A DNA stretch of 64,000 bases from Octopus sinensis (Eukaryota), in contig NC_043009.1 in NCBI RefSeq assembly GCF_006345805.1, forward strand, positions 3,782,001 through 3,846,000. Reading direction: 5' to 3'. The position numbers were made by a program, and so were the translations under genes. A model generated the notes under the pieces. It made no database searches. It saw nothing but the letters and a program-made list of their open reading frames with translations, and was not told where the DNA came from. Positions within the stretch are counted from its first letter, which is position 1. Each line of letters opens with the position of its first letter. This document shows, one piece after another, positions 13,026-27,423 of this stretch.

Positions 13026-13096
13026 ATAGATAGATAGATGGATAGATAGATAGATAGATAAATACATACATGCATAGGCACATCCATATACTTACA

Positions 13097-13321
13097 AGGC
13101 GGCGAGCTGGCAGACTCGTTAGCACGCCGGGCGAAATGCGTAGCCGTATTTCGTCTGCTGTTACGTTCTGAGTTCAAATTCCGCCGAGGTCGACTTTGCC
13201 TTTCATCATTTCGGGGTCGATAAATTAAGTACCAGTTACGCCCTGGGGTCGATGTAATCGACATAATCCGTTTGTCCCCTCTGTGTTTAGCCCCTTGTGG
13301 GCAGTAGTGAAATACATAGAT
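13097..13321 (+). mobile_element. tRNA-derived SINE family B with 11-bp TSD
   Basis: Head GGCGGCGAGCTGGCAG..GAGTTCAAATTCC. TSD ATATACTTACA at 13086-13096 and 13322-13332. Confidence 0.9.
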
Positions 13322-13457
13322 ATATACTTACATATACAGAAGAGATAGATACATGGATTCAGTCAGACATATAGACATTCATTCATAATTCATACATAGA
13401 TGTATGAATACGTAAATACAAAAAAAATACATACTTACACACATGCATACGTAGAAA

Positions 13458-14112
13458 ATAAAAAGGAATACTCCCATAATAAAAAGGAATACTGGTGGAA
13501 TGTACCGGTGAAGAACTCAATAAAAAGAAAACACAACACTCTTGATATAATGATTTGGGATAAGAGAGGAGAAACTGGGCCCAGTTGTGCAAATTAGCTG
13601 CCCAGTGGATGTTAACACAAAGCTGAAGATCAGTGAATACAAGAACACCTATGCTGAACTATTAAGAAATTTGCAATTACTCTATCCCGATTAGAAGTTC
13701 AGGTTTATACCTGTAATTATTGAGGCCCTGGGATATGTAACACGCTATCTTAAGAAATTAGGCTACTCAAAATCAGAAAGGAGAAAGGTAATTCGAAGAC
13801 TACAGATCCAATCCATCACTGGAACTGTAAAATCTGTAAAACTTTCCACAAGTTTATCATTTAAATATATATGAGCATGTTTATTTATATAATTATATGC
13901 ACGAGAATACCTACATAAAACATGCAAATCTGCACATACATACATGCATGCAAACATACATACATACATACATACATACATACATACATACATACATACA
14001 TACAAAAAAACAAAATTACCCTGTTGTTTTATGTTGAAATTCCAATGAAGGAACCTTGGATCTAGATTAGAAACCGGTTCTTTTTCTATTGGCGAGGAAT
14101 CTTGAAATAAAC
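13458..14112 (+). mobile_element. 3' fragment of R4/Dong-like non-LTR retrotransposon (RLE domain plus 3' UTR)
   Basis: YWWN..KHNTLDIMIWD..VQISCPVDVN..YAELLRNLQ..FIPVIIEALG..LQIQSITGTVK(fs)ICKTF, i.e. a decayed PD-(D/E)xK endonuclease. One internal stop and frameshifts. (ACAT)n on both sides and within the UTR. Confidence 0.8.
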
Positions 14113-15497
14113 ACACACACATACATACATACATACATAATTGCGTACATACATACACACAATTTCAGTAAACTGCCAAATGATTTGCATGTTAGTTAAA
14201 CCAAATGCTTTGAAATATCTTGTCTGCTAACATTTCCTGTGAGTGAAATCTCATGGGAATATCTGAGAGCTCGAACATACTTTTAGCGAGATAACTAAAC
14301 TATGGAAGATAGGTGGGGGGACAACACAACAATTTTATAGCATTGATCCTGATATTAGAGAATTCAACGATATGTTAAAGCGAGAAATTTGAGATTATTG
14401 CTCAAACTGTGAAACTGAAGCGTTTACCAAAGAATGGTCCCGCAGGAATTTTCTTTGTATTATTATTACGGAATGATCTGTGAGTTTCTATAAACGAATG
14501 TATGTGTGCTTGTCTGAATGTGGTGTATATGCGAATGTGTTTTTGTGATGGTTAGAAGCTGCGTGAAATTGTGTAGGTGTATGTGAGTGCGTGCGCTTGT
14601 GTGTGTGTTTGTGTGTGTTTGTGTATGTGCGTGAATATTTAATGTTGAAAGAAAGAAAGAGAAAGAGAGAGAGAAGGAAATAAGGAAAGATTATGCTTGT
14701 GTCTTAGGATTTCGGGTTGGGATAATATTTTAGTTTAGATAGTGTGTTTTCCTATCGTTTCCTTTGTTTAAATATGTTTATACGCTAAAATCATACATAT
14801 CTATATAAATTATTTATGTACGCACACACACATGTATATATAAGCATAATATATGAATATGTATATATACTTGTATATATATATATATATTATATATATA
14901 TATATACATATGTGCATAAGTATATGCGTAAATGTACACACGTATTCATACTCACAAGCATAGACATATATGTGTATGCATGTATGTATACATACCTAGC
15001 TATATATACACACATACATACATATAAATACATGTATGTATGCTTGTATGTGTGTATGCTCGTATACATACCTTTATATATATATATACATACATACATA
15101 CATACACACATACATACATACATACATACATACATACATACATACATACATACATACATACATACATACATACATACAGGTACACATGAATGTATGTAAG
15201 TATGTACATATGCCCACCAAGGGACCGTACGATGATGTGCTTTATGGTTTCAGCCCTGCAGTAATTTTCGTTAATTTTTACACATCTACAGTTTTCTTTT
15301 ATTCAAAGTATTGTGCTTAATTGTTTAATTTGTGCAAAAGATTGTATTTGTTTATATAAATGTATTTATTTTCCAAAACACATGTAATTGGAGAGCTCTC
15401 TGCTAAATTCTCTAGTGTTGTTTCTGCTCAACAGGATCTTAAATTATTCTACCTCACATGCCAATTATTATTATTTTTATTATTATTATTATTATTA

Positions 15498-15535
<38 letters not shown>

Positions 15536-16503
15536 GTAGTAGTAGTAGTAGTATAGTAGTAGTAGTAGTATAGTAGAGTACCATGTGTATGTACTTATAT
15601 ATATAGGTGTGTGTGTGTGCGTGTGAACATGAAGACTAAGCATAAATAAAGAAACGTTAATAATTAAAACTTAAGCTTCAACAAGATCATAAACATGTAA
15701 TGAGCAGCATTAATTGAAAAGCAACATTGTAATTTGAGAAGGAAAAAGCGAATCACAGATGCGCAGAGAAAGCACGTGATTGTACATGGACACCATTACG
15801 CACACGAGTTGCCGAAGCGTGTTTCAACGCCAAGACTGATGTTTAAAGAGTTTTAGTTCGTATGTACCAGAGATATTCCGTATTTCCTCCAAAATATTTG
15901 TTGCTCTATACATTTACATCCATGTCATTCAATATATTAAAATCGATATTATATGACTCATATATTGTGTACAACAATTGAGATAATGTTGGCGACATGT
16001 GTAAACTGTATTTTGTCTTTAATTGTATATTTTATTTCTCTCACGGAACTTTTTGTTCAAAACAGGGTATAAAATGTATCAGTGTTGCTGAACCGATAGA
16101 CATACATACTAAATTGTTTTGGGTCACATTTCTTTTTTATTTGCCGATGAAAATCTTCGCTGAATCAAAGGCATGCTTTGACAATCACGGATGAAATTCT
16201 GGGAATAATTTGCCAGAAAATACGGTTTCGAAATTGTGCTAATGCAGATGGTTGATCTAAACAGTAAATATCGCTGTTTAGCTCTAAATTCAACTTGATC
16301 CTGAAAAGTTATGATAAAAATATTTCCACTGATGAAGATCTCCTTTGTTTTATCTCCTACACTTTATAGTCATAGCTACTTCTACCATTTGTAACTCCAC
16401 TTTTTAAAACTACACAGAGTATTTGAGTCATAGTTTGAATGATGATATAAAGATTTCCTTCTTGACTTCTATTTTACGAAGTTTACATACTTAGGTACAG
16501 CTT

Positions 16504-16729
16504 GGCGAGCTGGCAGAACCGTTAGCACGCCGGACGAAATGCTTAGCAGTATTTCGTCTGCCGTTACGTTCTGAGTTCAAATTCCGCCGAGGTCGACTTT
16601 GCCTTTCATTTTTTCGGGGTCGATTAAATAAGTACCAATTACGCACCGGGGTCGATATAATCAACTTAATCCGTTTGTCTGTCCTTGTTCGTCCCCTCTG
16701 TGTTTAACCTCTTGTGGGTAGTAAAGAAA
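16504..16729 (+). mobile_element. SINE family B with 9-bp TSD
   Basis: High identity to 13097 and 42502 copies. TAGGTACAG at 16492-16500 and 16730-16738. Confidence 0.9.
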
Positions 16730-16735
16730 TAGGTA

Positions 16736-16939
16736 CAGGGTGGTCCTAGAGATAAGAAAGTATGTGAATATTTGATAACTCTTTATTTTTTCAGTATTTC
16801 ATTTGTGTTCATTTTTCGGTCATGAATTATGAAATATGAAATTAAAGAAATAAATTATTTAACTCTATATAAACGATTAAGTTTTTTTTTTTAAAGTAAT
16901 TACCATTTCACTTTCCTCCCTGACTTTTGGTCCACCCTT
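16736..16939. mobile_element. Tc1/mariner-type MITE (degenerate)
   Basis: TA-CAGGGTGGTCC at the left end and GGTCCACCCTT-TA at the right end. Confidence 0.45.
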
Positions 16940-17534
16940 TACAATGTCTTCTTCTAATGCTGTTCAGTTACATTTACGTTGGAGAAAATTAATTCTCCAC
17001 AACACTCTCGAGTGAAACATCCCAACGCCATTATACCAATCATCTCCACATCTTCTGATCCATTATATGCAATCTTCTCAGCCTTTCATTTTGGTCGTGT
17101 ATAATACATGTAGCAGCTATGGCAGATGAGGGAAATCTTGATGCATCCGAAAAGGTAAAATTTTCAAAGAAAGTGAGAACCTTTTATTTGTATATTTCAC
17201 GAAATTGCTTTCTGACAGCAATATTTTCATTCAATTACATAGGCTTTCAGGGAAAAATATCGTAATATAATTTATAGATTCTTTCAGAGTTCCTCTAATG
17301 GTATGTGTGCGTAGATACACTTCTAGAGTAATGAAATTCATTGCGAAGAAACTTTGTGTCAAACTGGTTCTCTGGGAATTCTAATATTACTCTGCACCTT
17401 GAACTCGATTCCTTGCCTGTCGGACCTATTTTTGTCACCGATCAGCTTCTCTTGCAATATTTATAGACCGAAATATGTATAATGATTAATGGAATATCTA
17501 ATTGGGTTTTCTTTTAGCCACGTTATGTTATATT

Positions 17535-17690
17535 AGGCGGCGAATTTTGCAGTGTCATAAGAGAGGATGACAAAATGGCTTGCAATAATTGACCTAGCAC
17601 TTAGCAGTCTGAGTTCAAATCCCGGCTAATACAAGTTTGTCTTGTATTCATCAGAGTTTGATGAAGTGACATACACGTTCTGAGTCGTTG
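17535..17690 (+). mobile_element. Old SINE family B-like copy
   Basis: AGGCGGCGAA...CTGAGTTCAAATCCC. Confidence 0.5.
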
Positions 17691-18033
17691 GTCAAAGAAA
17701 AAGGGAGACGTTCAAGCAAGATGTTTGTATACCTTCTATATATATGTTATCTTGATTTTCTGAGTAATATAGCTACGCCCGTGACTACATTTTGGAGCGC
17801 CTCCTCGACTTACAGTTTTGCTGATGTAAATATAAGTATCAGGGCTTTTGTTTCAGGATAATCTCTATACTTCCTCATAAGATCTTTGGAAAACCTAAGA
17901 AAAGAGATTCAGTTTGCTTTTGCCATCCCCTAACTAGTTAAGAGATAAATTAAGAGGTAGAAAGTTACCTTCTGATTACATTCATCAGAATGTCGGAAGG
18001 GAATTCGCTTCCAGGAAAGTGAAATAATTACAT

Positions 18034-18068
<35 letters not shown>

Positions 18069-18697
18069 TATATACATACATGCATATATAATTATATACG
18101 CCTATATATATATAAGAAGCAGAAGCTATATAGTAGAAGTAGAAATGGAAGAGAGAGGGGATACAGAATGTCTGGGCACCAGAGGATGGGGCCCGTCTGT
18201 GCGTGACTAGGTAGCTAACCTGCCCGGTGGCCAAAGCATTTGGAGTAAAATTTGTTAAATAGAAACTGTATGGAATCCTGCCAAATGAAATGCAATTAAT
18301 TAAAAGAACCAACCTAGTCTCACACCAAATATGTAACCAATAAGGAGGAATGAAGAAGCCTGTGACCCACAGCGACCCACAACTCCCTGTCAATAGAATT
18401 ATTCATCTGATATTTCGCTTTATTCTTTTGCGAATAAATCTTTCATAATAGTTGAGAAACATTCAATTGAAATTCTGGCTACGTCCATCATGTGTCACAC
18501 AGATTCTGTTCCAGAATTACATTAAGGCCACAAAAATAACTATGGAATACTCAGCCAAATGACACTAAAATTAGATCCTTGACCTGTAATTAAAAGGTCA
18601 GGCAATGTCACATTCGGTTTTACTGATTTTACTTATGGATTATGTTGTGCTGTGGTATGCTCGGCCAGCAATATGTTAATATAATATGTAAAAAATA

Positions 18698-18815
18698 AGA
18701 CTGCAAGCTAACAGAATCATTAGCCCACTGGGCAAAATACTTTACATTCTGAGTTCAAATTCCACCTAGGTTGACTTTGCCGTTCATCCTTTGATAAAAC
18801 AGATACTAGTTGAAT
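18698..18815 (+). mobile_element. Old SINE family B-like copy
   Basis: CTGAGTTCAAATTCCACCTAGGTTGACTTTGCCGTTCATCCTTT. Confidence 0.6.
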
Positions 18816-19425
18816 GTTTAACTAATTCAGTTGGTCATCCTAGAAACAAATGAAGATCCATTTCCTGTAGTGTTTGTGTACCTATACAAATCAGCAAATG
18901 AGCCAATGTGGTAATCTCTGTATGGTTGCTCATTTTGCTAGAAACAACAGCCAAATCTCCCTAACACTATGCTCTAACATTTAAAAAATGGACACGTTAA
19001 ATTAAGTTGTCCTACGTATTCAAGAAAATTTTGCGACCGTTCCATTTCTCTTTGGTGTATTTATACTACCTGTTATACACTTGTTATACGTGAACTAATT
19101 TAAACTATTAGCGAGGGAGCTTGTGAGGTTGAATCTATGCTAGAAATAACAACCAGATTACCTCATAGCATACCTTAAAGTCAGCCGGAGAAGTTGAATT
19201 GTTGGGAATCTTTTTTTAACTTGTGTCTTATATCTATTGTTCAAATTATGAATACATCCGAGAATGTGGACAGCAAGAATGACGAATGCAGATGAATACA
19301 GGAATAGTAAAAGAACGATTGTACTTGCAGCTCGGAGCCGAAGGGACGCTGGAATTCCCTTAGATAATACCTACATTGCACACCGAAAGGTGCAATGATT
19401 GCATACTTTCTCTACGGGGTGAGAT

Positions 19426-19460
<35 letters not shown>

Positions 19461-19924
19461 TGTATGTGTGTGTAAGCGTGCGTGTGTGACATTATCGTAA
19501 TTTCTTACAATTAGCCTAGGTCAACTTGTAAAAGATTGTAAAAGAAACTATGATATCATGTGATCAATAGTTGAACGATTCAGTGAAAGAGGAGAAAGTG
19601 GAGTGAATGATGATTGGAATAACGAATTCTATGTCATCGGAGGCAGTAGTTCTATAAGCCCTCAGCCCCTACACCTATGCTGGCACTACAAATGTATGAG
19701 CCAGAACGTAGCTGCTCTCCCCATGCACCAGATTAATTTTCAGACCACAACAGCTAGCTCCAATGCATAGCGCTAAAGATTTTTCTAAAATCTAAGACTA
19801 CGATTGTATTTGTCTTGGTTTAGGAAAAATGATTAAATTGTATGGGGGTTAAGCCTGCAATAAGGGGTCTTACCGACCTCCTAAGAAGTTGAAATTTTAG
19901 GAATATTACTTCATTTGTGTCTAA

Positions 19925-20145
19925 TATCTATGGTTAAAATTTCATCAACAGCAAAATTATCAGAATTTTCATGGGGGTTATGACCTCACTTATGCCACCC
20001 CAACATTGTATGAAACATACGGCATTACCCTTCTCCTTAGGCTTGGAGTTTGGGTCCCAAATTTCATTAGCATAGGTCCAGCGGTTTTCGAGTCTATACG
20101 TAGCACACGAACACATGGACGGACATAGACATTGATTTTTCTATA
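19925..20145 (-). mobile_element. Non-autonomous Helitron/DINE-like fragment
   Basis: Minus strand GTCCGTCCATGTGTTCGTGTGC..AAAACCGCTGGACC..ATGAAATTTGGGAC next to a (CATA)n tract, a layout typical of DINE-1/HINE-like elements. Confidence 0.5.
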
Positions 20146-20208
20146 CATACATACATACATACATACATACATACATACATACATACATACATACATACAC
20201 ACACACAT

Positions 20209-20244
<36 letters not shown>

Positions 20245-20400
20245 TTATATGTATATATATAAATATATATATTTATATATACATATTCATATATATATAT
20301 ATATATATCTACATACACACATATACGTGCTTATACATATTCATATATAAATATATATATATATATACATACACATACATACATATATATATGTGTGTGC

Positions 20401-20445
<45 letters not shown>

Positions 20446-21574
20446 GCTGTTTAATAGGTAAATGCCAAATAGAAAGAATTGACAGGAAATCTATAAATTG
20501 CCGGCAATGTATAAAACCACCCGCATAAAACTACATAGATTTTTCTGTTGTAACCTCAAACAGACTTCAGGGTTACAATTGTATGCTTACAGAGAGGCTT
20601 AGCGATTGCAATCAAACTCTGGGTAAGGTGTATAAAGAAATGTAATACCATTCAAACCAAAGTCAGAGAAACACACTGCGTAAACAGAATATTCTAGTAA
20701 ACCAGTACATGGATAGGAACATGTTTATCAATAATACAAGGTAAGGCCTGTTATCCAGGTGTTCTTCCTACTACTCGACTAAGACTAAGTATATAAAAAG
20801 AGGAAGACTGCCTTGCATAAATGGAATTTAGTGTGACATTTATGTGGAGAAAGATGGAATGGTTATCGATTGGATATTTTTCGCTAAAGAATTGTTCAGT
20901 GTTTGCGGACCGGGAATAAAAGAACTACAGTATTGATAACAACAGCCACAGAAATTAAAGCTCTGTAAGTAATTATGATAGTAGATGAATGATTCTGAGA
21001 ATCAAACAGAATGTGTTGAAATCATGAGAAAATTTATTACAAATTATCCAGGAGAATTCGTTTATTAATTAGTACATATAGCATAGTTTTTTGCTTGTAT
21101 CGGAAATACGTATCTACAAAGAGAAACTAACAATCTACAGTTGGGAAAAAGAGATCAAACATAGGTTAATATATATAGAATAAATGAAAGATATTGATAC
21201 AATGGTTTGATAGAAAATGAAGGCATTACTGACAACTTGACGGAAGAATATATTGTTATGATTTCACTGTATTCGTCACTGGACAGGTGTCAAGGTGAGT
21301 TTACGCCTTCAAGGGTTATTTGTCAATTATGTCGACCTTGTTATCTGGTCTGTGGCTAATAACATCGACTTCTGCTTACCAAAATGGTTGGATATAATAT
21401 CTGAGTTCACATTAAGACTTACGTCCTATTGAGAGAGTTTCCTCCCTCAAGTGGCATAATAAGCTTCAGTTTTACACATCGGTATAGACAAGAAACCGAA
21501 ATTCAGCAATAAAGTCTAATGATTTGTGACATTTTCAGCCTACATTATGTGTGTGCGGTGGGACATGTGCATGC

Positions 21575-21640
21575 GTGAGGGACCCTTTGTGCGTTTGTGA
21601 GGTCCCCTCTGTACCTGTGTGAGGGTCCCTTTGTGCGTGT
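21575..21640. repeat. 22-bp minisatellite, 3 copies
   Basis: GTGAGGGACCCTTTGTGCGTTT / GTGAGGTCCCCTCTGTACCTGT / GTGAGGGTCCCTTTGTGCGTGT. Confidence 0.85.
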
Positions 21641-22194
21641 ATACTAGCTAGTTGCCAATCGTTTCACTCCGAAGACAGAGGTCAGCTTTATGGTATTGCT
21701 TGCATGCATCCATTACTTGTTGCATATACTTAAAATTGTGCACTTTCCATCTGCACTCAAGACAAATATTAGGTAATTTCAAACCCACAGAAACAGCTGT
21801 CGGACCTGTAATATCATGCCCTCTACCCTTAGTTTCCTGTATAGGCATTTATGTATATTTTATATATCAAATTCAAGCACGATTATTTTTACAACTGTAT
21901 CTATATCGGCTGATCTAGGTTCGTCTTATGGCCATTTTTTACCTTGCAGACTTAGTCTTCGATAAAGACATCGGCGTGTAAGTTCAAATCATTACAACAT
22001 TACGACGTTTTATCCGTACTGAGCATAGTGTGTATAGTTTAGGACAATCAGTGTCATAATAGTATTCGGAGTTTCAAATGCCGGGGCTAAGAGATACGAT
22101 GCATTCTCATCGGCTAGTAATGGCAATAGACGATATAAAAATCGTTCAATAAAAGGGAAGTTACGCCGAGTATTATAATGACAAATTACTGATT

Positions 22195-22343
22195 GTCCTA
22201 GACCGCGCGTGTATCGTTGGCGATTTTCTTTCTCCGTCTTCCATTCCTTGGACCTTTTCTTTCCCTATGTTTCTGACGAAGAGTTCCGCTCGAAACATCA
22301 AATGCTCCTTTTTTCTTTCCTTTCCTAAGCGTCCAATAACACT

Positions 22344-22345
<2 letters not shown>
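22195..22345 (+). mobile_element. Penelope-like repeat family P1
   Basis: Homologous to 396-603. Followed by (CA)n. Confidence 0.7.
22267..22303 (+). ncRNA. Minimal type I hammerhead-like ribozyme motif
   Basis: ATGTTT-CTGACGA-A-GAGT TCC GCTC-GAAA-C-ATC-AAATG: intact core, 4-bp helix II, AUC triplet, weak helix I. Confidence 0.55.
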
Positions 22346-22397
<52 letters not shown>

Positions 22398-23019
22398 TAT
22401 CTCCATACATTTATATATATATTTTCAACCGTCAGTGATCCCTTATCCATTCCTCTTTATAATAGATACAATAGAATGCAGCCGTATATACTATTTCAAA
22501 TATTTATTATGTCTCTATTCTTAATATACGCAAATACGATGGCACTCGCGGATGTAATTAAGAACAATATATTAACATGGGCGTGGTAAACGTGAAATCC
22601 AGTGCTTTCCAATAAAAAAAAATCGCTTCCGTTTTATTTTATATGCAACGATTCATATACTTCGATATCAGGCCTACCTTCACAAATGTAATGAACCAGT
22701 GATTGGTCCTTTGGAAATCCGTGACCAACGTCGATATTATTTACCAAATCCGGCTCAAAATAAATAATTAGGTAAGCCGGAGCAAAGGTCATAAAAACAA
22801 AACATAATCGTTGAAACAATAGGAAACAGACTATAAACTATTTATTCTATTTATTGTCTCCCTTTATACTCAAAGATCAAAGCGAACCGTTGTCATCGTT
22901 TGTCTTTTATCTTCGGAAAGTTGGGCGACGATAAAATACAAGTCGATTCGAGTGACCAGAAAATATTACGACCTTGTCACAATATGAGCAGTCGCTGTAC
23001 TTGATGTAAACTTGCTGGT

Positions 23020-23770
23020 GGTGGTGGTGGTGGTATTGGTGGCGGTATTCGGGATGGTGGTGGTGGCAGGTGATGGCGGTAGTAGTGGTTGTAGTGGCGC
23101 TGATGGTTGTAGAGGTGGTAGTGGCCGTAGTGGTGGTGATGGTGCTGGGTGATACTGAGAGTGATGGTGGTGGTGGTCGTGGTAGTGGTAGTGGTAGTAG
23201 ATGAGTGATGGAGGTGGCAGTGGTTGTAGTGGTCCTGATGGTTGTAATAGTGGTAGTGGCCGTAGCGGTGGTGTTGGTGCTGGTGATACTGAGTGGTGGT
23301 AGTGGTGGTGTTCAGTGGTGGAAGTGGTGCTGGCGGTGGTGGTACTGGTAGTAGTGGTTCTGATGGTTGTAGTGATGCTGATGGTGGCGATAGAGTACGT
23401 GGTGGTGGTGATGGTGCCGATGCTGCGTATAGTGACTGTGGTGGTAGCTGTGGTGGTGTCGGAAGCGGTGAAAAGGACGATAATGGTGGCAGTGTCGGAG
23501 CCGGTACTGGTCGCAGCAGTGGTAGGTAAGTGGTAGGGCAACTGGTATTGGTGATGCGATTATGATGATGATAACGATGATGGTACAGAAGAGGACCATT
23601 ATGATTCAGAAGAGGATTCAGAAGAGTAGGGGAGCAGGGGAGGAGGAAGTTAAAAAAAGGGGAGAGAGTGGTCGTCACTGTACTGGAGTTGGTTGTAGAT
23701 ATGATGATGATGATGATGATTAAGAAGACGACGACATTGATGATGATAATCAAGATCATGGTACTCAGGA
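23020..23770. repeat. Cryptic trinucleotide mosaic (GGT/GAT/AGT) with ~134-bp internal duplication
   Basis: 23079-23190 resembles 23213-23310. Confidence 0.9.
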
Positions 23771-23875
23771 TGTGGTCGTAGTTTTAAAATTTTTTTGTAG
23801 AAGTGGTTATAATGAAGATCAGCTGACAGCGATCACTAATATGAGAAGTGAAAAAGCCAAGTCAAAGAGGACCAA

Positions 23876-24796
<921 letters not shown>

Positions 24797-24896
24797 NNNN
24801 NNNNNNNNNNNNNNNNNNNNNNNNNNNNNNNNNNNNNNNNNNNNNNNNNNNNNNNNNNNNNNNNNNNNNNNNNNNNNNNNNNNNNNNNNNNNNNNN
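24797..24896. other. Assembly gap (100 N)
   Basis: Run of N. Confidence 1.
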
Positions 24897-25135
24897 TCTG
24901 CGGCGTGTTTGTTAATACCATAGCATATACAATGTTTATATTTAGATCTGTATTCCCGCCTCCTCTTAAGCTCATTGTAAATATTTCCACTGTGACCGTC
25001 ACAAAATACGCTCACCTGCGCATTTTGAAATTTATCAGCAGCAGTAGCAGGAGCCACAAAAAATCACTCCGGTTCTGCTAATATTATTATGGCTTGAATC
25101 ACAACACATTGTTTCCGAAAAGAATGTCGATACAT

Positions 25136-25181
<46 letters not shown>

Positions 25182-25840
25182 TAGATATTATATATATATA
25201 TAATATTATATATAGTTTATATATATATATAATATATCTGTTTATATATACAGAGAGGAGAGAAGAGAGAGTGAAAGTCTGAGAGATAATGGGCATCAAA
25301 ACCTATAGCTATGTACTGTGATACAATCAACATTAGGTAATGGAGTCCTTCATAGAGTTCCAGAAATTCACCGCAAATTAGTACCTGGAATATTTTCGAT
25401 AAAATGTTCATCACTCCATAAAGTTTCAGCTATTTAGAAAACAACGACAAAAATAACCAGACACCATTCTTCGCTTAGCTTGAAGACAACGAGATTACTA
25501 GACCCAGTAATCGGAAAAAAAGAAATCGGCTCTGTTGGCCAAAACTGACTCTGAACTGACTCAGGAGTATGCAAGCTCAGGCAAGATTTTTTTCCAGGAA
25601 GACTGGCAGTTGCCTATTTATGGAATTCTCCCCTTTTCACGTCGTTGATGTTTATCCAAGCAACAAAAGGCCGCTGACTTGGGCTGATAGTGCTTGGCAC
25701 CAGAGCATGTCTCAGGTGTTACTCGCAGAACTCAAAGGGCCGGAACAGATGCCACCGTTAAGCTAACCTGGTATCCTAACTGTTTCTGCCATGCATTGTC
25801 TTCGTTTAGTATTTGTGAGTGACACCAAATAAATGTTAGG

Positions 25841-25945
25841 TAAGGTTGACTTCGGCGCTATTTGAAATCTAAACGCTGAGAATAGAAACATAAAACACGA
25901 GACATTCTATCGAACGCTTTAACGTATCTGCCAATTCGCAGCCTT
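25841..25945 (-). mobile_element. Old SINE family B-like head
   Basis: AAGGTTGACTTCGGCG..TTTGAA..CTGCCAATTCGCAGCCTT. Confidence 0.5.
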
Positions 25946-26074
25946 ACATAGAAGCTAAATCCTCCAGATATAAAAGTTTAAGAACACGTCAGCTAAAGTA
26001 ATACAACATGCACTATGATTAAAAAAATGATGGATAGCCTTAACTTCAATGTATTTAATCATAGGTCTACTAAA

Positions 26075-26118
26075 TCGTGTTTAGCACAAGAATCTACTGA
26101 TTCTTGTGCTAAACACGA
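26075..26118. repeat. Perfect 20-bp inverted repeat with 4-nt loop
   Basis: TCGTGTTTAGCACAAGAATC-TACT-GATTCTTGTGCTAAACACGA. Confidence 0.95.
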
Positions 26119-26860
26119 ACAAAACAAAGTCAATAGAGTCACTGCTATCATTACACATTACCTAGTCTGGAACATATATTGATTTCTATGCTGCTACACG
26201 AGAACCATTATTTGGAAGTGTATAACAATCCTAAGACGATACCCCATACACGAGAGGTGTAAACATTTTCGCTGTTGGCAGCATGACTGCTACGTTTGCC
26301 CCTATGGATTCAAACTTTGCATACGGACCCAAATGAGATTAGTTTTATTAAATAACGATTTTTAACATAAGCACATAGCAGCCCATTTTTTAAAAGAGGT
26401 TTTAGTCGATCTTTTTACTTTTTATGTGATGAGGGTTGTACAAGTCAAAGCTTGATATGTATTTCACTTTACAATTACTGAACAAAAATTAAAAAATTAG
26501 TTAATTATTAAGCTACAGTTAATTATTCCCGCACTATTTGAAGTCAAACCTTACCGGAAGGTAATTAAGTATACAAAATATATATAATTCCACTCTGCTA
26601 AAACTGCTCTCCTCACAGAGGCAGCTAATATTATTTACTTATATATAAAACAAAATTTAGTGTTTGGTTTATTCGTAGAGATCTTGACTGGAACGTATGA
26701 CTGGTAGCGATTCTGTGGATTACAAACACATTACACATTAGTGTAATTCACATCTGGGCTTAAATTCAGGAGAATATCATATCCAACTCTCCATTTTATC
26801 ACAACACTAGAAGAGATGTCCGGCTTTGCTCGGTATTAAAATGGAATAGCTGTTTCTTTA

Positions 26861-27107
26861 TTGTTTTACTTTTTTCAGTCATGCTGGAGCACCGGCGCTG
26901 GCCGAACAAATCGACCACAGTATTTATTCTTTGCAAGACTAGCACTTAACTTAGTGTCTTTTGCAGAACCGCTAAGTTATGGGATGGTAAACACACCAAC
27001 ATCAATGGCGGGATACAAGCACACACACAAACATAAATATACAAACATATACCACAGTCTTCATTCAGTTTCCGTGCAGGAAATCCACTCACAAGTCTTT
27101 GGTCATT
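26861..27107 (-). mobile_element. Degenerate 5'-truncated SINE family A
   Basis: CATGCTGGAGCACC..CAGTTTCCGT..AAATCCACTCACAAGTCTTTGGTC. Confidence 0.8.
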
Positions 27108-27355
27108 TGAATAGAAATTTTGTGACATTGGAAGGACCACTCTGTATACACTATGCCATTTATATTAGTAAAATTAGAAAAACACTAAAATTTGAGAAGC
27201 AGATTCTCCAAATCATGCAGAATGAAGAAACCGTCAAACCGAAAGTGACGAAATAAGACTTACAATATTCAGTCCTTTTCTGCATTAAACATTTGTTGTT
27301 AAACATAAATTTAGAAATAATCCTAAAAACAATATATAACCACTTAATATATATA

Positions 27356-27389
27356 TGCACTCATATATCTGTCAGAATATATACTTACG

Positions 27390-27423
<34 letters not shown>

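Noticed and set aside
19370-19400. Similarity to U1 snRNA loop II (CATTGCAC) or pistol ribozyme
   Set aside because: Flanking U1 sequence and the pistol pseudoknot and core are absent.
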